Below, piece by piece: positions 34,908 through 47,515 of a stretch of DNA of 64,000 nt; position 1 is the first letter of the stretch, and every line of letters begins with the position of its first letter. The stretch spans positions 6,478,554 to 6,542,553 of the forward strand of contig MU062233.1 of NCBI GenBank assembly GCA_013265495.1, written 5' to 3'. A program made the position numbers and the translations under genes. Source of the stretch: Vicugna vicugna. Taxonomy: Eukaryota. The notes beneath the pieces are model-generated. The model saw only the letters and a list, made by a program, of their open reading frames with translations. It did not search any database and was not told the DNA's origin.

Positions 34908-36180
34908 TGGGGCTCCCACCTCATTCTGAGTGGTGCCCAGAGGTGGGCAGTGGCCCCTTACAGATGCCACTATTCTCCCCTTTCCCTGGCCACCTACCTG
35001 CAAGTGTTCACATGGGGGAATCCTGTGTAGATAGGAAGTGTTCCACCCAGGCCAGCCCCATAATACTCTCATTATTAGTCAGAGGGGAATCTGGAAGCAT
35101 GCTGGGAGAGGGGCAAGACCCTGGGCCCCTTCCTATAATGAGGCATCGTGACTACCAGGCAGAAAATTCTGGGCAGGGAAGCCCAAGCTGTTCTTCTCCT
35201 TCTCCTCTGGGCACGCCCTAGTCTGGGGTGACTGCAACTCAGGCAGGAATCAGCACAGGAGTGTCAGGACAGGAGCAAAGATTTATTGTGCCCCTATGGT
35301 CGGGTCAGCTCCGAGCTCAGCTGGGTAAGGGATCTTGTCCGAAGCAGGAGAAGAGGTTAGGGACCCAAATTCTCCTGTCTTGAAGTCTTAAAGAGGAGAC
35401 AAAACAAACCTAGGTGAAATGTCAAACCACAGAACAAGGAAGTGTGAGGTTGGGGCCCACATGCTCATACTGGACTGTCCAGTACAGCCGATCGGGGGTG
35501 GGGACAGATCAGGGTGTCACTTTGGCAAGGCCGAGGGGGCCCAGAGAACAGGTGAGAGGTGGGGGTTGCCTCTGCAGAACGTGTGGGAAAGGTCTTTCAG
35601 ATGGGGAAGGGAAGACCAGGCAGGGGTGAACACACATGTTCAGGGGACAGGATCCTGTTTGTGCAGTAATGAGGCTGGAAGTGTGCCTGGCCCCGAGCAG
35701 CTTCCTTCCTCTGAGCCCTCACTCCTTGAACTTGGTCTTCCTCTGTATCCATGGGACATCGCAGGCCTCCTGAGGCAGGTGACCACGTGGAGAGTCAGGC
35801 AGGGGTGAGGGGGTGTCGGGGAGCTCAGCCCCTCAGCCGGGGAGCCCTCTGACAACAGGAAGCAGCTGCAGCAGGCTCCAGGGCTATGCTGGTGTCTGTC
35901 ACTCTCCCTCCCCACCGGCTGCAGCCCCTGCAGAACACACTGTTCTTCGAGAAGCTCTGGGGACAGAGGTCCCACACCTGCTCTCCAGGTCAGTTTGGAC
36001 AAGCCCCCCTTGGCTCAGTCTGGGAGCCCAGCAGAGGCCCGACATGGCTCAGCAGCTCCCCTCACCAACCCCCTCAATCCCCTCCTCCTTCCGCCCTCAG
36101 CCCAGTTGCAGCTGACCAAGGCAGTGAAACACAAAGAGCTTTGGGGGAAACAGGCACTGGCTCGTCATAAAGACCTCATC

Positions 36181-36314
36181 CTATATGAAAAGAAATATAT
36201 GTGTGACTGAAACACTATGCTGTACACCAGAAATTGACACATTGTAAACTGACTATACTTCAATTAAATACATACACACATACATACATACACAGGCAAA
36301 AAAAAAAAATAAAA
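36181..36314 (+). mobile_element. Short L1 3' tail with perfect 14-bp TSD and (CATA)n in the tail
   Basis: TSD ataaagacctcatc at 36167-36180 and 36315-36328. Confidence 0.9.
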
Positions 36315-36409
36315 ATAAAGACCTCATCGTAGAATGTCCAATGGTGCCTCTAAAAATAGGATCTAAACTCTAGGTCCCAAACTCTGATCTCATTGGGGAT
36401 GCTAAGTGC

Positions 36410-36590
36410 TGTAGTTTTGCAGAAAGAGCACTGGATTGGAAGTCAAGGTGCTGGTTCTAATCTTAATTCTGCCACTAAAAAGCTGTGTGACCTTCGACAA
36501 GTTACTTTCTATAGGTGGACTTCAGTCTCCTCCCCTGTAACATGGGGAATGGGGACTAATGAGCTCTAGGGCATTTTCTAGTTTAAAAAT
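36410..36590 (+). mobile_element. MIR (MIRc/MIR3-like)
   Basis: agagcactggattggaagtca..ctgccact..agctgtgtgaccttcgacaagttact. Confidence 0.8.
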
Positions 36591-37756
36591 GTGAGACCCC
36601 GATGCTCTGAGGTAGCTTTGGGTTTGCTGCAGTTACTGTCTGGGGCTCGGGTAGCTGGGAGAGAAATTAGGATGAGAGTCTAATCGAGGTCAGGATAAAA
36701 TGGAATTGGGTTCCATTTTGGACCTGAGAGGGTGGGGTTTTGTTTCCCCAGATCCCCAGGATCTGTCCTACTGAAAACACCTCAAGAGGAGCTAATTTTC
36801 TAGAAGGTTCCCCAATGCTTGGTGGAGAGCTAGAATCCTTCCAGAGAGTTTGAGGTCATCCCTCTCAGCCACAGCTGCCCACCCCAGCTTGGAATGAGCT
36901 GGGAGAAAGACACGCCTGAGAGCAGAGAGTAGGGCAGTCGTGCAAGGAAGAAAAGATCCCGGTCCTCCCTACACTCTTCCCCAAATAAGCTGCTCCTTAA
37001 AAATCCCTCCAACCGGGGGCCAAGGCTTTCATGCCACTGTAGCAGCTAAAACTGGACACAGCCATGTAAGATTCCCAGGATGGCATAAATGGCTAAGATT
37101 CTATCTTGCTAGGGCCCAGCGTACACCAGGAGAGGCCTTCAGTGGGGTGGGGACTGAAAGAGAAAGAGAAGAGGGCAGTCCAGACATCCAGGAGCCAAGC
37201 TTTTTCTGAAGCCAGACCTAGGCCTAGCAGCTCAGACCAGTTCCCTGTGGACTGAGATGTGGCAGAAGACCTTGGGCTTCCTAGATGCCCTCCGGGTCAC
37301 TTTCTGAAACCCTCCACATTGGCCTCCCAGGCCTCAGCAGCCCCTGAGAAGAAGAGCCCAGTTTAGCTCCCACACATCTCCTACCCACTCATCATCCAGG
37401 GGGATTGTTGGCGGAGAGGCGGGTGACACTGCTTTCTGGCCTCCCACCAGATCACCCATGTGGCTGAGGTGAAATAGACTCTGAGTGCTTTAAAAAGGAG
37501 CCACAACCCTAGGCTCTTGGAAGTGGCTTCAGTGTGGGATGGAGTGTGCAGAGGGGGAGGGAGGGGAGAGGGTGTGGGAGAGGGGAAGATGCTGGGCTCT
37601 GTTGGCCTTTAGTCTACTGGGCTGTGTGCTGCCAAGACCAATGTTGGCAAAAAGCAAAGGGAGAGCAGAGGAACAGAGCCAGACCAAGCCGATATGTGGT
37701 TCTTCCCAACTGCAGCCCAGAGCAATGCAGACATGGGCTTGGCATGCTCCTGCCTC

Positions 37757-37862
37757 TGTGTGTGTGTGTGGGTGTGTGGGTGTGAGCGTGTGCACGCATG
37801 CGTGCACGTGTGTGTGTGTATACATGCACAAACACAAGTGCACATGCACAAGAGGGTGTGCG
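37757..37862. repeat. Mixed (GT)/(CA) alternating purine-pyrimidine tract
   Basis: Direct read; the source of several overlapping spurious ORFs. Confidence 0.9.
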
Positions 37863-38389
37863 TTCATTGGCCTGGGTGAGCACTGCCCTTCACTACAGAG
37901 AAGATGCCAGAACTCTGTGTTTGCCATCAGGGGCAGTGGTGCTGGGCTGCAGAGCCAGAGCCCTGCAAAATCCTCCTATCCCAAGACACTGCTCCCCACA
38001 GAAACAGAGGGAGGAAAGAGGTGAGAGGCCTGCGGTAGAGGCTGCATCCTCAAGGAGCGCTCAGCCAGGCCGGCAGCCTTCCTCACTCTGTGCAGCCCTC
38101 TCCTTCTGTCTGTCCAGGACCACCCAGTGAGCAACTCCTCTGCCAGGGGCGCCCTCCTTGCACCAGACCCCTCTCCCCGCAACATGCTCCAGGAGGGCCA
38201 GATTTCTGGTACAAGGACAGGCTTCAGGACAGCACCTCTAGTACCATGTTGTGAAGGAAGTGGGCTTTGAAGGAAAGAAAGGATGTGCAAAAACTGAGAC
38301 TAACGGACAAGTGGACGTGGGAGGCAAGAGAGACAGGAAGACAGGTTAGGAGTGGGTGTGATTTACAGGGAAGGTTATAAGGAGGCGCC

Positions 38390-39192
38390 TTTGTTTTGTA
38401 CGTTCCGACACGTCTCACACAGACCCGGAGTCCTGTAATTCAGTTCAGGGGCAGTTCTGATACTAACTACTCAGACTTAGTTTCAGGTCCCACACGTTAA
38501 AGGGCAAAGTCCCCAAGAAGTCTGCCCTTATTTGGGATGACAGATGCAAATGAGGGCCCCAGGCTACCATACTTCTGCCTTGGCTACAAATTCATACAAT
38601 AGTTCCCGTTACCTGCCATTCAGGTTTGATAATTGGCTAGCATGACTCACAGAACTCACTAAATGTGCTATACTTACAATCAGAGATGTATTATAAAATA
38701 TAATTCGAGAACAGCCAAAGGGAAGAGCCGTATAGGGAAAGTATGGGGGGCGGAGTGCAGAGCTTCCGTGCCCTCTCCTCTCGGATCACGTGTGTTGCCT
38801 CACCTGGCAAATATCCATGTGGTCACAAAGCAGGAAGTTCCCCTGAGTTTCAGTGTCCAGGGTTTTATGTGGGGTTTCATGCCATAGACATAGTTGATTA
38901 AACCATTGACCATGTGATGGAACTCTGTCTCCAGTCGCCTGCCTCTCCCCAGAGGTTGGAGTGGGATGGGGAATTTCACTCCCACCTTCCTTCTGGCAGG
39001 GTCAGCCCCTCCCTCCAGAGTATCTAAGGGCCCACCACCAGGTGCCGCATTAGCATAAACTCAGGTAAGGTGGTTAAGGGCTTGTTAGAAATAACGAAAG
39101 ACACTCCACTTACTCAGAAAATAACAAGCGTTTTTTTAAGCTCTGTACCAGGAAGAGGGGACAAAGACCAATTATATTTTTTATTCTACCAC
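38390..39192 (+). mobile_element. MER21-like (ERVL) LTR
   Basis: gtgtccagggttttatgtggggtttcat..gattaaaccattgaccatgtgat..cattagcataaactcagg..gggacaaagaccaa..ttctaccaca. Confidence 0.75.
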
Positions 39193-42100
39193 AGTTGTAA
39201 TCGATGGTTCCTACAGGGCAAAGAGGAGGGCACTGAGTAAAAAGGTAGGATGGGGCAGATTTATAAGGTCAGAAATTGATGGGTAACCCCACTCAGTCCT
39301 AAGGAATGGACGCAAAGGAAAAGCAGTAGAGAACTCCCTCACTGGTGTCTTGGTAGAATCTTTCATCCTGGTTATTGTTCAATTTGCCTCTAGGTGTTTC
39401 ATTAAAAAGAAGGAGGCATCTCCCCAGTCTCTGCTCTGGCACCAAGGCCTCTATAGCTCAGGTCCACCTATTAACATCCCCCCTAGTTCAAATACCATTT
39501 CCTTCTGGAAGCCTTCCCTGACTACCCTAGGGGGAAATTGCTGTGCTCTGAATTCCAAAAGCCCTTTGAGCCAGTCAGTTCACTCACTGCTGCCCTGTGT
39601 TGGGACATAGTCTTATCTCCCCAGTTTGGTCCTAAGTGCCTTCCCTTACCCCTTTCTGCTTTGTTCAAAACAACCAGCAGGGTGGGTAACACTTTGTGTA
39701 AGATTTGTGAGCTTTCCGCAGACATCCATTAGTATCGTTGGCCCCTCCTCTGTCCGTGAAGAACTTGGTGCCTTCCCTTGAAGAGTCTTCTCTCCTTGAA
39801 TAGAGTGTGAATGTCTACCCTGCCAGACTGTGAGCTCCTCCAGGGCAAGGACATGTTCCTAGATCCCAAGCTTTAGCACAGCCTGCCAAGCAGCGGGTGC
39901 TCAGACATGCATGCAGAATGAACTCAGCTCCTCCTAGAAAATGTCACCTTTCCCATATTTAGGAAAGGTCAAGAGAGGAGGGGAATGAGTTACAAGTTAT
40001 ACAGGGAAGTATGAGAAGGGGGTGGGGCCAAAACAAGGGCGAGGCTGGCCTTTCCCACAGGATCCTACACCTCCTGGACCTCCTGTCAGAAGCCTGCTCT
40101 TGGCGGGTGCTCCACTATAGGCAGGTGGAGTGGCAGGATGAGAATTCAGACCAACCTGGGCAGGCAGGCGGGCAGATGGGCAGCTGTGAGCACCACACTA
40201 AGCTCTAGGGGCAGGCCTAGAGAAAGGAGCCCTTGGGGACTGTGTGAAAGCTTTCCCTTTGAGCGGCTTCCCTGGAAACCCCAGAGCAGCGTCCAAGCCA
40301 TGGTTTACTGGACACGAATGGTTACCACCCCCTGAGGGTGGGAGCACGTCTGCTCAGCCACCAGCCCCTCCTCCGAGGCCAGGCCTACTTCTCTCTGAGG
40401 CAACCCTCTGAGGGGTCCTCAGCAGACAGGCCTGGTGGGGGGTGAGTGCTATCCCTGAAGATGACATTCTTATCCACCTCCCCCCAGGCAGGGTCCCATG
40501 ACTTGGAATTGTTCCAGGGAACAGGTGACCAGACAGGAAAAGGGACACGATCCCCAAGGTTTCTCAGTGGCCTCTGAAGCCGGCTGAGAGTCAGTGACGG
40601 TCTCTTGGTGCCTCTCTGTAAGCTTCGGGGCTTCTCAGGTGGGGGTTTGTCTACTGCATCCCCGGATCACAAGGCGTTTGAGTTTTGTCTGGCTGTGGAT
40701 CCACCCTACATGACCGAGCATGGTACCTGGCATCCGAGGGAAGCCAGTTTGGGACTGGAAGGAATGGAGAAGGCCTGCTCCCAAGAAATGGTTAATTAAT
40801 CCTCTCCCCTTCCCCCAGGCCCCTTGCACCTGCAGGCTGCGGTGTGTGGTTTCCCACAGCTGCAGCTGGCTCTGTGGCAGCCCCCTCCCTCCGAGGGAAC
40901 CTGAGAGGCCCCAGGCCTGAGGCCGCTGGGAGGGGCACCTCACCGGGTCCGGCCGGCCGGCTGCTGGGGGTGGCATAGCGGGTGTGCAGCCCTCCGACCT
41001 GGACCTGCCACAGGCAGCGCTCTGGTTGAGTGACCAAACCTGGCTCGGGGTCTGCCGTGCTTCCCACTAAAGCCAAAGGCAGAGACTCCCGTTTTGGAAG
41101 TGCCCACAGAAGCTCTCCACAGGGCCCCTCAGTCCTTCCCTGGCTCCACTCCACTGACTTCTGGAAAAAGCTAATGGCCTCTTTAGTGCGGGCTTGGCAT
41201 CCCTGCCCCCCTGGGGGAAGGAGAAGGAGTGGCGCTCCTGAAGGAGAGGGTGAGTTGAGTGTGAGAGGTGAGTGGAAAGGACAGGAAGGAACAGGAGGAA
41301 GTGAGACTTGGCAGGACCAGGCCTCTGCTGGTCAAGACGGCCTTGAACCCACGACGCTAGACTCTGGCAGGCTCTGTTCTCTGTCTAGCCTAGAAAAGGG
41401 CAGGTTGCCACAGAGCCTGGGCAGATACCCAGCTGCCCTCTGGGCCAGACAACTGTGCTCAAGGGACACCTCAGAATACTACTCACTCTGAGGCAATGAA
41501 ACAAAAACTGTGGGAGCTTTCCTGCTGAGACATTTCCCGGGGATGAGTGAGCAGAGCCGCTGGGCATGCACCCAGTCCCAGGGGGACATCTGGCTGCTGC
41601 TACACAAGGTGCTCTGCCCAGGTCCCAGCTGAGGGATGTTCACTTGGATGCAGATGGAGGGATGGGAAGGCTGAGGTCCGACCATAGGACAGTGACAGGA
41701 CCCAGGGCTCTGGCTTATCTCACGTCCAGCTCCAGGCAAATTGCTTCAATTCAACACTTTCCCTGGGAGGCCTTATGGCCTCCAGCTCAGGGTTTCGGTG
41801 GCCTCCAGTCTGCAGGAAAAGCCCAGCTCCCCCTCGGAGACAACTCCCCAATCCAGGATAAGAAGAGGGAGGGCGATTTGGCAAAGGCAGCTTGAAAGGA
41901 AACAGAGCTACCCATCTGCAGAAACCCCTGAGTCAGATGTGGGGAGGAGGGAGAGAGAGGGCCCAGCAAAAGCCACAAATTCAGTCCTCCCTCCCGTGCT
42001 TCAGGACGAGGACAGCTGCAAGGTGGCAGCCAGGCCTGGAGGCGGTGAGGGTGCGGCTGGGCGGGCACCAGGCAAGCTTCAGTCTTGGCTCCTGCGTAAC

Positions 42101-42889
42101 CTGACACCCCTAAGGGGGTAGAACCGATGCCAACCACCCTGGCTGGTGCCAGGAGTCCACTGTGTACTCCAGACTGGGGCTTGGCCTGTTTGCAGCAGCG
42201 CCACGTGGCCACCAGCACAGAGCTCTGGCTAGGAGTCGCAGCTCATTATGGTTTGCCCTCAGGTGTACGGAGGCGAAGCAGGTGAAAAAACTGAGCTCCC
42301 GGGAAGAGGGGTCTAGGTGAGGCGGCCCGTCACGAGGTGATTCTGCCTCCACGGGGCTACCGATACTGAGGTGTATCTGTGCTCTCTTGCTGTTACTACA
42401 TGATCATTGACATTTACTCATGATGGTTGTCCAGATCCCACGTGTCAAGAAAATTCCAGGAAATCGGTTGCTGCCCACGGACTTGGAGCGCCACCTTCTG
42501 ATTTCTGACTTAGCATCGCTGTTTTCCTCCTTGCTCAGATTCATCCACTTTGACCATTTTATATCAGTAGGGACCCTTCGCTGAGACTGAAATGCTCTGT
42601 TATGGAGTTAAGAATCTTTCTACTTCTGCTTTTATTCCATATTTCATTCAACCAATGTTTAGTGAGTGCCTGCTGTGTGTGATCCGAGGTGCTGGTATTG
42701 GGAACACACTGATGATTAAAACAAGGTCCATCCTTGGTGAGCTGGTGGGCCACACCCCAGACGTCACAGCCAGCATCACAGGGGTTACTGTCTGCACCCA
42801 ACCATGACTACGGAGCATGTTTAATTTCTTGAAAGATCTTAGCATCCTTTAAAGACAAGAACCCCCCAAACAAGACTGTGATTTTTCAA

Positions 42890-43200
42890 TATATTTTTAC
42901 TTATTTTAGTTTTAAATAGGTAATTACAGTCACATGGTTCAAACACAAAAATGACATAAAAATCAAATACGAAAATGAATAAAAATGTGAAATGTTTTCC
43001 TTCTAAGTCTTTCCTAACAATTCTCATCCCCTGATATAAAAAACTTTATATCCTTCCAATATTTCTTTCTGTGTATATAATTTCTTCATCTTCCTCATTG
43101 TTATTCAATAGATATTTTACTATAATCATAGTTTTTCTTTGACACTAGGTGCTGGGAACTATTCCATATCCACATGTAGAGGGTTCTCCATTTTTTCTTC
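42890..43200 (-). mobile_element. L1ME-like 3' fragment
   Basis: AT-rich: aggtaattacagtcacatggttcaaa...tattccatatccacatgtagag. Confidence 0.55.
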
Positions 43201-44580
43201 CAGCTGCAAAGTATTTCTTGTTCTAAACCAGTCCGCAGCAGCTGGCACTAGGGGGTCGCTCTCTAATCTTGCTGTCAGACAGTGCTGAATATGTCCTCTC
43301 AGAGGCGCTGAGGGGCACAGGGTCCAAGGGTTGGGGTGTTTGCAATGCAGAGAGATCTCGCAGACTGTCTTCCTCAGAGGCTGTGTCATTTTCATCCCCA
43401 CAGGCCATGTATGAAAAGGCCTTGTCTCCCTACAAGGCTGAGACTTTTAAAGACAAAGGAAGGAGGCAAAATGAGGGCTCCAAAGAAGCGAGAGACTGAG
43501 AAGGCCAAGTCCAGAGTAGAAGCCCAGATCACTCAGCTTGGCTGAAGATGGTTCACGGATAGCTGACGACTGTGTGGCCAAAGCTATGGTGTTTTGTCTG
43601 TGCTCGAGCGGGAGCTCTCATGGCTGGTAATCAGGGTGCTCTTCCCTAAGGGAGCAACGGACTCCAGGAAGAGAATCTGTGAGGAGGGCCTGAGGGAAGA
43701 GGGCTTAGCTGGTGTAGGCAGTGAGTGGTAAATGAGAGTGAGGACCACGATCCCCAGCGGAAAAAGAAAATGCATGTCAACTGTAACGCGGTAGGGTTTC
43801 ATCAGATCTAGGGAAGAACTTGTAACTTTGAAGGTGTCTCACCCTGTTTTAGGAAGTGGAAGGAATTGTGGAAACTCCTCAGGGAGACGTCCAGAAGCCT
43901 TACCCGATTGTTCGTACGGCACATGTCAAACACCGACTTTGTACCCATGGCTGCCCCAGGTGCTGAGGATAGAAATATGAACAGGACAAAATCCCCTCTC
44001 TAAGAAGGTCTAAAAGGGCAGAAAGCCAGTAGACAAGTCATTAAACAAACAAATATTTCAGATAGTGAGGGGAAAGGTGTGGAGATCGGGGATGGGATGG
44101 AAAAGAGAAGTCCACTCTGAGAAGGTGACATTCAGCAGACACATGAATCCTGAGAAGGGGTGGCCCATTCACAGGTTTGAGAAAGAGTCCAGGATGGATG
44201 AAGGGAAGAGCAAGGGTCGGGGAGGGTGGAGGATTGGGGCTGCTCACAGCACGGTGGGGCAGTGAATGAGGCTGGAGGTGGCAGCCCGACGGGCAGGCAG
44301 CAAATTGGGGAGACTCTGGTGGGCACTGAACCACAGCAAGGATTTTGGGTCTTATTTTAAGAATAACTGGAAACAGAAACTGGTCCCAAAGACGCATATT
44401 GCATGATTCTCTTTATGTGAAATGTCAAAAATATGCAAATCCATAGAGAGAAAAAGTTGATTAGTCTTAAAAGTAGATTTGCCCGGGGCTGGGAGAGTTG
44501 GGAGGAAATGGGCAGTGACTGCTAATGGATACAAGGGGGGTTCTTTTTGGAGGGGGTGATGAAAATGTTCTGACATTGAT

Positions 44581-44710
44581 NNNNNNNNNNNNNNNNNNNN
44601 NNNNNNNNNNNNNNNNNNNNNNNNNNNNNNNNNNNNNNNNNNNNNNNNNNNNNNNNNNNNNNNNNNNNNNNNNNNNNNNNNNNNNNNNNNNNNNNNNNNN
44701 NNNNNNNNNN
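44581..44710. other. Assembly gap (130 N)
   Basis: N run at the end of an L1M tail. Confidence 0.99.
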
Positions 44711-45141
44711 GTTGCTGGCAGGCTGTTTTATCGGGGAGTAGTAGTATCGCTCAGCCTTGCTGCGGGAGAATGAACTGTAAGGAAGCCAGAGCAGAGGCTG
44801 GAGACAGCTGGGAGGCTGCTGCTGCCGTGGGCTGGGCCGGGGGATGGTGACTTGGCCTGGGCTGGTCGCTTTGTGATAGAAGTTAAGGAGGAGGTCAGAC
44901 TGGGGTATATTTAGAAGCTAGAGTTTGATCATGGATTGGACGCGAGGGGTGAGGGAGAGAGATGAATCCAGGCCATTGAACTACAATGGGGAGACCAGAG
45001 GAAGAGTTGGTTTGGGGGAGGGGCCAGGAATCGGAGCTCTGTTTGGACGTGCCGGGCCTCTGAGATGTCCACTAGGCAGGGGAGATGTCAGGATCAGAGT
45101 CACTACCAGGTTGAAGGTCACATGCTAAGGGCCGGCAGTCC

Positions 45142-45676
45142 TGTGAGGTGAGCTCTGCAGCTATCCCCGTCTGTACTGGGCATATTGTGTGCACCAATTC
45201 AGATTCCCGTAGCCACACCTCTGGTTCCAGACGTCACTGTGGTAACCAGTTTTGCATAGGCCTCAACCAGTGTCACACAAATGCAGCCCAACAGTATCCC
45301 TCTGCATGCCTCTTAAAGCCTCCTGACTCCACGGTGTGGGGGACTTCATGGAACCCACTTGGCATTGACACATGAGCCATCGAGGAATGCAAGAGAGTTA
45401 ACATCCCTGGGGGTAACTTGATAGGAGCCAATGGATAAGTGACCCCTCTTTCCTCTGGGAGGCTCTGAAGTACATTGTTTAAAGCTTCTCAGAAGGTTCT
45501 ACAGGATAGAGCAGCAGTCACCCATAGAGGCGGCCAGTCAGTTCACTTCCCGTGATCAGCAACCCTCTACCCGTTTCGCTCTTCCTCTCCCTCACCCCTG
45601 CTCCCCGGGTCATGTTTCCAAATAAACTACTCATCTCAGACTCTGCTCTGGGGAGACCCTGACCCTGGGGAGACCA
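45142..45676 (+). mobile_element. LTR16-like (ERVL) solo LTR
   Basis: ccaatggataagtg..ctctgggaggctctga..ccaAATAAActac..ctcagactctgctctggggagaccc terminal signature. Confidence 0.7.
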
Positions 45677-47199
45677 TCTACTGAGGAGCAGAGGAGTCTT
45701 TAACAACAAGGTCACACAGCTCGTTGCGGGTAGAGCAGAGAGTCACATCCAGGCAGGGGTCCTGAGCTGGAGCTGCTGTTTCCTTTTCTGCTCTGTTCAC
45801 TGTTGCCTCTCAAAGATTCCAACCTCTAGATGGCATTTAAAGTCACAGGCCAAGATGAGACCTAAGCAGGGAGAGACCACAAATAGGAAAGAAGTCCCCA
45901 CACCGTGCTAACATTTAGAGGTCAAGAAGAGGAGGAGCCAGGGAAGGAGCTGGCGAAAGAGCTGCTGTGTAGGTAGAAGGAAACCAGACCAGCATGGGGT
46001 TCTGGACTCCAAACAAAGGCAGTATTTCCAGGAGGAAGGATTTCTCCACTAGGCAAATGCTGTCGAGAGGCTGAATAAGATGACAGGAAACTGACCTTTG
46101 GATGTGAGGTCATTGGTGACTTGGACAAGTGCAGATTCAACGGAGTGGCAGGGACAGATCCTCAGCTGGAGTGGGCTAAGAGGGAATGGAGGTGAGGATG
46201 TGATGAGGGAGGCAATGTGGCAGGAGCTGGAGAGGGTGTAGGGTCAAGGAAGTGTTTGTCTTCAGAATGAGCGACAATAGCAGGTTTATCTGCTGAGGGG
46301 ATGATCTGGTAGAGAGGGGCAGGTAGATAGTGTAGGAAGGAAAAAGTTGATTTGGGGCAAAATCCTTGAATGAGTAAAAGGACTGAACTTGTGTCCAAGG
46401 AGAGGGGCTGGCTGGGAATTAGAGAGGAGGCCATCCACTGTGAGATGAAAAGACAATGACTAGGATACCGAAGCAGGGAACTTGGGAGAACTGATGGTGA
46501 GAAGACAAGTACTTTTCATACGATTACATCTATTTTCTTAGCGAAATAAGCAGCAAGGTCGTTAGCTAACAGCTGGGAACACAGAGGAGGTGTTGAGGGT
46601 TGGAGAAGAGAGGAGATGTGAAACACTCATCTGGAAAGTGGGGCAGTGAATCTAGTAGAGAAACACAGTAGGATTACTGGGCAGGCTGAGTGCCCACTTG
46701 AGGTTTGTGGTCAGAAATGTAAAGTGCGGCTAGTCAGCCTGGCTGTGAATTTTTCCCCTGTGATGTTCAGCTACTCAGCACAGGTGCAGGGTAGGTAGGG
46801 CGTTGGGGTTAAGTAGGGTCACGGTGTGTCAGGAGAGTCCAATGGAAGGGAAAGGGCCAAGAGAGTGGAGGGCTTGTGCAAAAGGGCAATTATGGTTACA
46901 GACCACAGACTGGAGAGGGAGGTTAATGGGAGATCAGGGGACTGATGGACAAGGAAAGAGGGTGAGGCCAGTGGAATGGAGGTGCCAAGGGAGACAAGAA
47001 TAGAAGGGAGGTGACAGAGTAAATGAGCTAAAAACACAGGAAGTGGTGGTCAGAGAGTGAGTGGTTCAAAAGTGTTGAGTTACAGGTTATGGCCATGGGA
47101 GTGGGTGGCAAAGGTGGGAGCAAGGCTGGTACACAGGGGAAGTCAAAGGCCACCAGTGGTAGGTGCTGGGTGACTTATCTCCGTAGATGTCCTTCCCTG

Positions 47200-47515
47200 C
47201 CCACTGTGTCTGCGAGTGCTCCTCATCCCCTGCAACTACTCCTTCACCTGCCTTTTCTTCTTTCGTAGCATCTCTGCCTAACATTCTATTATGCAGTACT
47301 TATTTGGGTTTTTTTGAGGGGGGGGTGTTAGGCTTAAAGATTCTGTGATGAATTTTTTTTAATGCAGTACTTATTTGTTAATTACCCTTGCTCCCGGGGG
47401 AGTGTAAGAACTTTGAGGGCTGGGACATTTTCTCTTCGGTTTACTCCTATATCCCCAATACTAAGAACAGTACCCGGCACACAATAAGTGCTCAAAAATA
47501 TTTGTTGAATGAAAA
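47200..47515 (+). mobile_element. L2 3' end containing a 55-bp TSD-flanked insertion
   Basis: agaacagtacccggcacacaataagtgctcaaaaatatttgttgaatgaa. Confidence 0.75.

Larger units (their letters stand above)
43950..47200 (-). mobile_element. Long fragmented L2, interrupted by an L1 tail (44390-44580), an N gap and an LTR16
   Basis: Purine-rich L2 antisense text, e.g. ggatgtgaggtcattggtgacttggacaagtgcag..ggagtggcagggacagatcc. Confidence 0.7.

Noticed and set aside
35230-35420. Possible second LTR fragment
   Set aside because: It has an AATAAA on -, but I could not define termini or a family.
37529-38130. Cluster of overlapping His/Thr- and Cys/Val-rich ORFs
   Set aside because: Translation artefacts of the (GT)/(CA) tract.
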